This document shows, one piece after another, positions 39,196-49,535 of a stretch of 64,000 bases of DNA. The position numbers were made by a program, and so were the translations under genes. The stretch is from Phyllosticta citribraziliensis (taxonomy: Eukaryota). Numbering within the stretch: position 1 is the first letter of the stretch; each line of letters begins with the position of its first letter. The stretch lies in the NCBI RefSeq assembly GCF_038025025.1, contig NW_027117349.1, positions 434,001 through 498,000 on the forward strand. The letters are read 5' to 3'. A model generated the notes under the pieces. It searched no databases and was not told the DNA's origin. It worked only from the letters and a program-made list of their open reading frames with translations.

Positions 39196-41184
39196 ATGGA
39201 GGTTCTGGTGTCCGTTTATTTCCAGCGCAAGGCGCTATTCTGGAGCTCGGTCTATGTTGGTGGGGGTCTTGCCATCGCAGCCGCAAAAGGTTGGGTTGGA
39301 GGTGAGTAGGCGTTTTTCCGTAAACCCTTCTTTTCCCCTCCGTCGTCAACCCCGGGAAAAGAAAAAGCCACAGCTTGAGGCGTCAACTTCATCGCGTTCC
39401 TCCGCCTTCATTTTCCAGCCCTCGTCGTCTATGTTTCATTCCATTTTCTACCCCATCCCTGCCCGTCTCGCCTGTCCTAACCACTACTACAGTACCAGAG
39501 CCCTTGCGCACCTATGAGAAACCGCTGTTGACAGCGGGCTTTGCCGTCTTTGCCGTCTTGGTTGGACTTCTCACTAGCTTGTTGACTGGACGGCGGTATC
39601 AGAGTGCTGCGGGTAGCGCCAATGGCCCAGCACCAACGATTTCTTACTCCTTACCTTATCTTGGGCACTTGATGCCGTTGCTATTTGGAAGAACGGGATG
39701 GTTGGTCAACATCAGGTGCGTTAGCAAATCAGCCCCGCAGCAATATTTCTGACGATGTCGAAAGGGACGCAAACAACCAAAACATCTTTGCCCTGAAGCT
39801 TGCTGGCATCAAACACGTTTTGGCCGGCTCAATCTTCTCAGCTGACAAGCTTGAGGAGAAAGGTGCAGAGCTGGCAGATGACCAGGAGCTTGCATCCATC
39901 ATGCGGAAGAATGCATTCGGCTTCGACAACGACCCTCTTTCGAGCGAGTTTTACGACTTGATTTTTACCCACGAACACGCCAAATCGCTGGCAAACAAGG
40001 CCGTCGTCCTCATCAGGGAAAACGTTCCAGACCTGATGACTTTCAACGAGAGCCAGGTTGATCAGCTACCGTGGGAAAGAGTGAGCATGACTACGACGTT
40101 CGAGGTCGACGGGGGGACAATGCACTCGGAGGCGAACATGCTCCCCCTGACGCGCGAATTTGTTGGACAGATCATGAACGCTGCATATGCAGGCGTCTCC
40201 TTTTTGGATGATCATCCCACGTTCCACGAGAGCATGTTGGCGCTCGAAGAGAACTTTTACATCATGACGACTGGACTTCCTCGCTGGGCACCCTGGCCGG
40301 GGGTTCCCGCGGGACACATTGGGCGGAGAAACCTCATTCGTCAAATGGCTGCCTTGAGGGAGTCGTGGGAGCGAGAAATGCTCGGGGAAGACGTAATCAC
40401 GACAGCAACAGATATTGGCGACTTCTCAGCGGCATATACCGCTGCTCAGCAAATCATGGACGGCTCCGGCGTGTCCCCGACAGCACGTGCAAGTACAGAC
40501 CTCAGCATTATCTGGGCGCTCAATGCCAGTGCTCGCGACTTGGTCTTCTGGATGCTCCTCCACGTCGTTGCTGAGCCAGGGCTTGCAGACCGCATCCGCG
40601 ACGAGACTCGGCCATACTGCCGCGCATCGCGGCCGAGCAACGACTTCAACCTGCCGGAACCGCCTCGGCTGGACATTGACATGGACGGGCTCTCAGACAA
40701 GTGCGCGTTGCTGAACAGCTGCTTCATGGAGACGGTGCGAATGTACAACACGGAATGGTCAGTGAAGCAGGCCAAGCAGGATTTCAGCATGACGGACGAG
40801 TCAGCGGGCATGGCGTCAACGTACCACGTGAAGAAGGGCGACCATGTTGACGTTTCGAACAAGTTGCTGAACACGGACATTGGGGCGTACTACGAGCCGA
40901 AGAAGTGGAAGCCGAGCCGGTTTGTAAACAGCTCGGGCAAGGCGGATTGGGGCCACGTCAAGCACAACAATGGCATGTGGCGCATGAATGGGACGGGAGA
41001 GTTCGCGCGCCGGCTGGCGGCAGCCACGGTGGCTAGTGTTCTGGCCGTGTGGAACTTTGAGCCGGCAAGCAAGACGGGCTTGTGGGTGGTGCCCGGAAGC
41101 AAAGAGGCGCCTCTGACAGCCAGGCCGGCGGGCGACGTGCGGGCGAAGATCACTCGACGGGATCTGGAGCAAAAGCAGGGCTGA
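39196..41184 (+). CDS. Cytochrome P450-fold protein, CYP7/8-like, lacking the heme-binding Cys (3 exons: 39196-39301, 39493-39715, 39766-41184)
   Basis: Hydrophobic N-terminal anchor, PxxxYxLPYLGH hinge, I-helix WALNASA, K-helix ETVR and PxRF (WKPSRF). There is no FxxGxxxCxG motif. Confidence 0.8.
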
Positions 41185-42005
41185 GCGAGGGGAGAGAATG
41201 GAAGGGGATGGGCCGTGTTTAGGAAGCAGCAGCCACCAAAGCTTGTGCCCAAAAGTTTGATGATATCTGGCGATGGCAATAGGGATACACGATGGAGATG
41301 ACGACATGCGGAGAGAGAGGAACAAGAGCTGTCTGGTGGCCAGGGAGCCGGTGGTGATGGGGCTCGCAGGGGTCGACGGAGCCGCGGTAGCGAGGGCTGC
41401 GAAGGGAATGACAGGCGAGGCCGGTGGGAGCTGCATGTACATCAGTGTCAGGGAAATAAATGTCCGAGTTTCGACATTTGTAGAGGGATACAGTGCGTAG
41501 CAGGTTGTTGGCTTCAGTTCCTTTCAGAGTGACAGCTGAGGCTCGAGGCGGGTCAGGGGCTGACGGGCTTGGCGTGGCGGGAGCAGAGGCAGTAGGGTGC
41601 CCTGCAAGCGGTGTGCCTCCGTGCAGTTTCAAGCACCCTACGCTTCGGGAGCTACATTACTCTCTGCCTCTACACACGCACCCTACTATATCCTCGACCC
41701 TCAACCTCTCCTCCTCCTCCACCGCCGCCGCCGACGTCCCCCCTTTCGCCTCTCGACATCACGGCATGCTGCATCTCTAAGCACCCCCGCTGATGCTCCA
41801 TCCTCTCCCTCCTTCGTCTTTGCTTTGTTAGAATCCGGGTCCCGGTCTCGGTCTGTTTGCCTGGACCGCGCGCCTCTCCCGGTCTACCTTGATCCAGCCA
41901 GGAGTTCAACACCGACCCTCCTCCAGCTCCCTCCCTCCTCCACCCCGCCAACACCACCAGAGCTGCGCTGTGCCCGCGTGCACGCCGCTCCCCCACCCTC
42001 CCACC

Positions 42006-45000
42006 ATGGCGCACATTTACGACGTCGGCACCCGCGCCTGGCAACCCGATGCGACCGAAGGCTGGGTTGCCTCCGAGGTGGAGCAGAAGCTCGTGGATGG
42101 GGACAAGGTCAAGCTTGTCTTCCGGCTCGAATCCGGAGAGGTACGCCCAATCTACGCGTTCCAAGACATGTCGTCGCCCTCTAACCCGCGCCCGTGTAAC
42201 AGGAGAAAGTGATAGAGACCAATGTAGAAACGCTCTCAAACGATCCCAATGGCACATTACCTCCTCTCATGAATCCTACGATGCTCGAAGCCAGCGATGA
42301 TTTGACGAATCTTTCCCATCTCAATGAACCAGCTGGTCCGTAACCCACGCCCAAGGTGTCCCCGAACAAAGCTGCGGCAACCCCCGCTGACTCGCTGCTA
42401 CAGTGCTGCAAGCCATCAAGCTCCGATATGCCCAAAAGGAGATTTACACATATTCCGGCATTGTTCTCATCGCCACAAACCCGTTTGCGCGCGTGGATTC
42501 GCTCTATGTCCCGGGCATGGTGCAGGTCTACGCCGGCAAGTCGAGGGCTTCGCAAGCTCCTCACTTGTTCGCCATTGCCGAAGAGGCATTCTCGTAGGTC
42601 CAAACTCCCATGTGGCCCGAGAACAAAGGAAATCTGACTGCGGTATAGGGACATGTTACGGGACGCCCGAAATCAGACCATCGTCGTCTCTGGCGAATCT
42701 GGTGCCGGTAAAACGGTCAGCGCCAAGTACATTATGAGATACTTCGCCACGCGCGAGTCCCCGGACAACCCAGGAAAGAGGAAAGCAGGCCGGGCAGACA
42801 CAATGAGCGAGACGGAAGAGCAGATTCTGGCCACGAACCCCATCATGGAAGCCTTTGGTAACGCAAAGACGACCCGCAACGACAACTCCTCGCGTTTCGG
42901 AAAGTACATCGAGATTCTGTTCAACAAAGAGACGGATATTATTGGTGCCAAGATTCGGGTCTACCTGTTGGAGCGATCCAGGTTGGTCTTTCAGCCTCTC
43001 AAGGAGCGCAACTACCACATTTTCTACCAACTTTGTGCTGGTGCATCCGACGCGGAACGGGAAGAGCTGGGTCTCAAGTCTGCCGATGACTTTAGCTACA
43101 TGAACCAAGGCAATGCGCCGGTCATTGAAGGCGTCGACGACAAGGCCGAATTCGAAGCGACCAAGAGCTCCTTGACGACAATTGGCGTCAAGCCCGAAGT
43201 CCAGTCGCAAATCTTCCGCATTCTCGCCTCTCTGCTCCATCTCGGAGACATCAAGATTACGGCCACTCGCACCGACTCGTCCCTAGCGCCTGATGAGCCA
43301 GCCCTGGTCAAGGCTTGCCAGCTGCTCGGTATCGATGCCGCTGCCTTCGCGAAATGGACCGTCAAGAAGCAGCTCATCACGCGCGGAGAGAAGATTACCT
43401 CGAACCTCACGCAGGCGCAAGCCCTGGTTGTCCGTGATTCCGTTGCCAAGTACATCTACTCGAGCCTGTTTGATTGGCTTGTGGAGAACATCAACCAAAG
43501 TTTGGCAACCGAGGAGGTCATGGGTCAGGTCAAGTCCTTCATTGGTGTGCTTGATATCTACGGTTTCGAACACTTTGCCAAGAACTCGTTCGAGCAGTTC
43601 TGTATCAACTACGCCAATGAAAAGCTCCAACAGGAATTCAACCAGCACGTCTTCAAGCTCGAGCAGGAAGAATATCTTCGGGAACAAATTGACTGGACTT
43701 TCATCGACTTTGCCGACAATCAGCCCTGTATCGACCTCATCGAAGGCAAGCTTGGTATTCTGGCGCTGCTCGACGAAGAATCCAGGCTGCCCATGGGTTC
43801 GGATGAGCAATTTGTGACCAAGCTCCACCACAACTTCTCTGGTGACAAACACAAGTTTTACAAGAAGCCTCGCTTTGGAAAGTCTGCGTTCACTGTCTGC
43901 CACTACGCCGTTGATGTCACGTACGAGTCGGAAGGCTTCATTGAAAAGAACAGGGATACGGTTCCGGATGAGCACATGGAAGTCCTCAGAGCATCCAACA
44001 ACAAATTCCTTACAGAGGTGCTTGACGCGGCGGCTGCGATCCGCGAGAGGGAAACTGCTGGCGGCTCGAGCGCTAAGCCGGGCACCGCTGTTTCCGCCGG
44101 CCGTAGGGTGGCCGTCAACCGCAAGCCAACTCTCGGTGGCATCTTCAAGGCATCCCTGATTGAGCTGATGAGCACCATCAACTCGACCGACGTTCACTAC
44201 ATCCGCTGTATCAAGCCCAACGAAGCAAAGGAGGCATGGAAGTTCGAGGGGCCCATGGTTCTCAGTCAATTGCGTGCTTGCGGTGTCCTCGAGACTGTCC
44301 GCATCAGTTGCGCAGGTTATCCTACCAGGTGGACGTACGAAGAATTCGCGCTTCGTTACTACATGCTCATTCCGTCGTCGGAGTGGACGGCAGAGATTCG
44401 AGACATGGCGGACAGGATTCTGAAAAGGGCTCTGGGAACGTCTGAGGAGCAGGGCGCTGACAAGTATCAACTTGGTCTTACCAAGATCTTCTTCCGTGCT
44501 GGTATGCTTGCCTTCTTGGAAAACCTGCGCACTGCTCGTCTCAACGGCGCTGCCATTATGATCCAGAAGAATCTGCGCGCCAAGTACTACAGGCGCCGCT
44601 ATCTGGAAGCCCGCGAGGCCATTGTTGCGACGCAGGCAATCATCCGTGGTTACCAGGCAAGAGTACGTATCGAGGAGATGCGGCAAATCAAGTCTGCCAC
44701 CACCATCCAGCGCGTGTACCGTGGATACAAGGAAAGGCAAAAGTTCAGCCGTGTTCGCAAGAGTGTCGTACTGTTCGACTCGGTTGCAAAGGGTTGGTTG
44801 TTCAGGAAGAGCATCCTGGACAAGCGCTTCCGCGATGCTGCCATGTGCATCCAACGAAACTACAGGTCGTACAGGCAACTCAAGAACTGGCGACAGTACC
44901 GCCGCAAGGTTGTCATCATTCAAAGCTTGTGGCGCGGCAGGAGTGCTCGCCGCACATACAAGTCGCTGCGTGAGGAAGCTCGCGACCTCAAGCAAATCTC

Positions 45001-47110
45001 CTACAAGTTGGAAAACAAGGTCGTCGAGCTTACGCAGACCCTGGGCACCATCAAGCGCGAGAACAAGGCGCTGCAAGGCCAAGTGCAAAACTATGAAAGC
45101 CAGCTCAACTCGTGGAAGAACAGGACCAATGCACTGGAGGCAAGGACGAAAGAGCTGCAAGCCGAAGCCAACCAGGCCGGTATCACGGCTGCGCGTTTGT
45201 CTCAGATGGAGGAGGAGTTTACCAAGCTGCAGTCAAACTACGAGGAGAGCACTGCAAACATGCGCCGCCTACAAGAGGAGGAGAAGCACCTGCGCGAGAC
45301 GCTGCGGCACACGACCGAGGAGCTCGAGCACACCAAGCGCCGGTCGAGCCAGGTCGAGACCGAGAAGCTTACTCTGCGTCAACAGCTTGCCGAGCTTCAA
45401 GACCAGCTCGAACTCGCAAAACGCGCAGGTCCTCTCAACGGCGACTCTACAAACGGCACAAGCCACGCTCCTGCCAGCGGCCTCATCAACCTGGTTTCCT
45501 CCAAGAAGCCCAAGCGGAGAAGTGCAGGTGAACGCGTCGACGTCGAACGCTTCAGCACCGTGTACAACCCTCGCCCAGTCTCCATGGCGATCACCGGCCA
45601 GTCCGTCCACAAACAAAATACGCTGTCTGGATCCACCTTCAACCCTGGTATCGACAGCATCGAAATGGAGCTCGAAAACTTGCTCTCCGCTGAGGATGAA
45701 CTCAACGAGGAAGTCACTCTTGGTCTCATCCGCAACCTCAAGATTCCGTCGCCTACGACCAACCCGCCGCCGAGCGATAAGGAGGTGCTGTTCCCAGCCT
45801 ATCTCATCAACCTTGTCACTTCGGAAATGTGGAACAATGGTTTCGTCAAGGAGTCGGAGAGATTCCTCGCCAACGTCATGCAGTCCATCCAACAGGAGGT
45901 CATGCAGCACGATGGCGATGAGGCCATCAACCCTGGCGCGTTCTGGCTGTCAAACGTCCACGAGATGTTGTCATTTGTCTTCCTTGCCGAAGACTGGTAT
46001 GAGACGCAAAAGACTGACAACTACGAGTACGACCGCTTGCTCGAGATTGTCAAGCATGACCTGGAGAGCTTGGAGTTCAACATTTACCACACGTGGATGA
46101 AGGTGCTGAAGAAGAAGCTTCACAAGATGATTGTGCCTGCAATCATTGAGTCGCAATCGCTCCCCGGCTTCGTCACCAACGAGAACAACAGATTCCTTGG
46201 CAAGCTCCTCCAGTCCAACAGCCAGCCTGCCTACAGCATGGACAACCTTCTCAGCCTGCTCAACAGCGTCTTCAAGGCCATGAAGGCTTACTTCTTGGAA
46301 GACTCCATCATCACCCAGTGCATCACTGAGCTCCTGCGTCTTGTTGGTGTTACCGCCTTCAACGACCTGCTCATGCGCAGAAATTTCCTCTCGTGGAAGC
46401 GGGGTCTCCAGATCAACTACAACATTACCAGGATCGAGGAATGGTGCAAGAGCCACGACATGCCTGAAGGCACTCTGCAGTTGGAGCACTTGATGCAAGC
46501 CACCAAGCTCCTGCAGCTTAAGAAGGCGACCCTGAATGACATCGAGATCATTCAGGACATTTGCTGGATGTGAGTATTGCATTGAAAACGCCAGAATTTC
46601 CGCTGACTTCAACAGGCTCTCGCCCAACCAGATCCAGAAGCTGCTGAACCAGTACCTCGTCGCCGACTACGAGCAGCCCATCAACGGCGAAATCATGAAG
46701 GCCGTCGCGTCCAAGGTGACTGAGAAGAGCGACGTGTTGCTGCTTGCAGCTGTCGACATGGAGGACAGTGGGCCTTATGAGATCGCCGAGCCGCGTGTCA
46801 TCACAGCTTTGGAGACGTACACGCCTTCTTGTAAGCGCTCTATGGAGACAACAATTTCTGCATGATACTGATATTTTGCGCAGGGCTGCAAACGCCGCGC
46901 CTCAAGCGTCTGGCGGAGATCGTGTCAGCGCAAGCCATGGCACAGCAGGAGAAGATGGAGTACGACATGAACGGCAACGGCGAAGGCATCCCCGAGGGCG
47001 ATGGCGAGGCTGAGGCCGAAGCCGAGGCCGAAGATGGAATGGGCATGGGCCATCATCACCACATGGGCGCACCGCAGGGCCTGGCAATCAGCGAGGTCGA
47101 GGGCGTGTAG
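42006..47110 (+). CDS. MYO2: Class V myosin (motor domain, IQ repeats, coiled coil, dilute domain)
   Basis: Motifs GESGAGKT, EAFGNAKTTRNDNSSRFGK, LDIYGFE and a series of IQxxxR repeats; dilute domain LSWKRGLQINYNITRIEEWCK. Confidence 0.97.
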
Positions 47111-48593
47111 TAGCGGAACCAGCGGCAGAGAAAGGGAAACGTGCGTGATGGCGTTGGGCGGTGTGTGTTTTGTTGGTGGAGCTGTAATGTGATTTTGACC
47201 AACTCATCATGGATGACAAACGCGCGTTTGTCTGGCCACAACACGGCGGGGAATTTTTGTGAGCGCGATTACTCTCGGGTCCAGCCGACGACGGGGCCCC
47301 TTTCTTTCTTCTTTCTACATCACTTCTTTTCCGTCTGTCTGATTTCACGATCGGCCAGACAATCTTCGTTGAGGGGGCGAGCGAACAAACGAAGGTGCGA
47401 AGGGACGGATCCTCAAGAGCAGCGAACGGGTTGCGAGACGGACTAGTGGTGTCAAGCGCGAGCAGAGGGCGAACGACGAGTGGAGGACATCAAGAGAGAC
47501 TTCTTCTTGCCGTGTCCCTCTGATACAGAGAGAGGGAGAGAGGTATACAGTGAGAGCACTTTGGGTACTGTCAAACTCTTTCTCAATTGTCACTACTTCT
47601 ACAACTACTTTTTTCCACCACTTTTGCTCCCTGTAACATTTATCTCGTTGCTCTTCGCCGCTACCTACCGATGTCCTGACCTTCTTCCTTCTCGCTTTCC
47701 CTCCCTTCTTACTCTGTGCCTTGGTTGTTTGTTCTTATCGGTCTGTTTGCTGCTTGTTTGCGTGTCTGGACTGAGAGGTTCTTTGGTTCTTTGGTTCGAT
47801 TCGGATCGACACAGCAACATACGTGCGTGCGTGCGTGCTTGGAGAAGACAAGCTCTACAAACGAACGGCAAACAGCGCGCATGCAGTCCATCAAACAAAA
47901 AGGAGGAAAGAAAGGAGAGAACAGCGAAGAAAGCGTGGCAGAGGAGACCGAAGATCAACATTGGGTTGTTTGACTTCCTTGCGTTTCCTTTCTCTCTCTC
48001 TCTCTCTGTTTGCTTTCGCCGTGAAATCCCTCCGCACACACGGGTCCCGTGTTCACGGAAACGAGGCACGATGGAGGCACGAGGCGAGGCGCATGGGCAA
48101 TAATCCAATCGCGCGCATTGGCGTGTAGGGCAGACGGGAGCGGGACGCTGGGCGTCGTATTTTCTGCCCAGGCCGCTTGCGAGATCAATTGCCATTGCAT
48201 GGCAGCGGCAGTGTACTTGCAGCAGTAGTATGTATGTGTGTATCGAGGGAGATTGGAAGTAGGATATGAATGTGTCAAGAGGTGCCTGTCCTTTTGCATG
48301 ATGTTTGTGTGCGTGAGAGAAGGCGATAAAAGTCATGATATGGTTGGCACCAATAATTTCTTATGTACGGACAGACAGCACCACATCTCCGGATGATATC
48401 GGCAAAAGAGGAGCGAACAGCAAAAAACCATATGTACCAAAAAAAAAAAAAAGCCCTGGACCAAAAAGGGAAATCCATCAATTCTCCACAACCGCTTCCA
48501 CTTGATTCTCTCTCCTTGTTGCTTCTGCTCCTCTTCTCTCGTCTCGTCTCCTCCCTTCTTCCCCTACTCCTCAGCGCTCATATCGTCTCCCAT

Positions 48594-49535
48594 CTAAGCG
48601 CGCAGAGGCAGGGGAATCTTCTTCTCGCCCTCCTTGGGGCTGAGAATGGAGTCGTTGTCGAGAATCTCGTTGCCCTGGATGGGAACGTTGATGAGCGAGC
48701 CCTCGTCACCACGGCTGCTGAGGATCTTGTCGTTGTCGAGGATGTCATTGCCTTGGATGGGCAGGTTGATGAGCTTGCCCTCGCCGCGGCTGCTCAGGAT
48801 CTTGTCGTTGTCGAGGATGTCGTTGCCCTGGATGGGCAGGTTGATGAGCGAGCCCTCGCCGCGGCTGCTCAGGATCTTGTCATCGTCAAGAATCTTGTTG
48901 CCCTGAATGGGCAGGTTGATGAGCGAGCCCTCGTCACCACGCTCGCTGAGAATCTTGTCGTCGTCGAGAATCTTGTTGCCCTGAATGGGCAGGTTGATGA
49001 GCGAGCCCTCATCACCACGCTCGCTGAGGATTTTGTCGTTGGAGAGAATGCTGAGGCCCTGGATGGGCACGTTGATGAGCGAGCCCTCATCACCACGCTC
49101 GCTAAGAATCTTGTCGTTGTTGAGGACGTCGAGGCCCTGGATGGGCACGTTGATGAGGGAGCCCTCATCACCACGCTCGCTCAGGATCTTGTCGTTGTCG
49201 AGGATGTTGTTGCCCTGAATGGGCAGGTTGATGAGCTTGCCCTCGCCGCGGGCAACGTTGACGTTTGCGTCGACGTTGATCAGGCCGGGCTGCTTGGGGG
49301 GAGGAGCGGGGGCGTCGCGGGCGATGTTGGCGTTGGCGCTGGCCGAGACGAGGCCGGAGTGGCGGCTGGCGTCGTTCGGGGGACGGCCGTACTTGACCCA
49401 GCGAGGCTCGACGTTGTCGGCCGGGGGAGGAGGCGGCGAGCCCGGGGCGAGGGCGCTGCCGGCAGGTCCAGTGGGAGCCGAGTAAGAAACGGCGCCCAGG
49501 GCGAGAAGGGCCATGATGGTGCTGATGGAACGCAT
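48594..49535 (-). CDS. Secreted, Cys-free tandem-repeat protein; putative Kex2-processed repeat (KEP) peptide precursor
   Basis: 313-aa intronless ORF with signal peptide MRSISTIMALLALGAVSYSAP and eight repeats of the form G(D)EGxLINxPIQGxxxLxxDxILSx(R/K). Confidence 0.88.
   Translation of the reverse strand: MRSISTIMALLALGAVSYSAPTGPAGSALAPGSPPPPPADNVEPRWVKYGRPPNDASRHSGLVSASANANIARDAPAPPPKQPGLINVDANVNVARGEGKLINLPIQGNNILDNDKILSERGDEGSLINVPIQGLDVLNNDKILSERGDEGSLINVPIQGLSILSNDKILSERGDEGSLINLPIQGNKILDDDKILSERGDEGSLINLPIQGNKILDDDKILSSRGEGSLINLPIQGNDILDNDKILSSRGEGKLINLPIQGNDILDNDKILSSRGDEGSLINVPIQGNEILDNDSILSPKEGEKKIPLPLRA
48633..49247 (-). repeat. Coding minisatellite: 8 units of 75/78 bp
   Basis: Recurrent gggcaggttgatgagc / aggatcttgtcgttgtcgag blocks with length variation in whole codons. 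Confidence 0.95.

Noticed and set aside
43283..46100. Long alternative-frame and antisense ORFs (625 aa, 492 aa) over myosin V
   Set aside because: Expected by-products of biased codon usage in a long, conserved CDS.
47790..47812. GGTTCGATTC tRNA T-loop-like motif
   Set aside because: No pairing T-stem, acceptor stem or cloverleaf around it.
48594..49535. Repeat protein as an alpha-pheromone or ustiloxin-type RiPP precursor
   Set aside because: Repeats lack KR sites, aromatic or Cys residues and pheromone-length cores, and no DUF3328 or tyrosinase gene is visible in the window.
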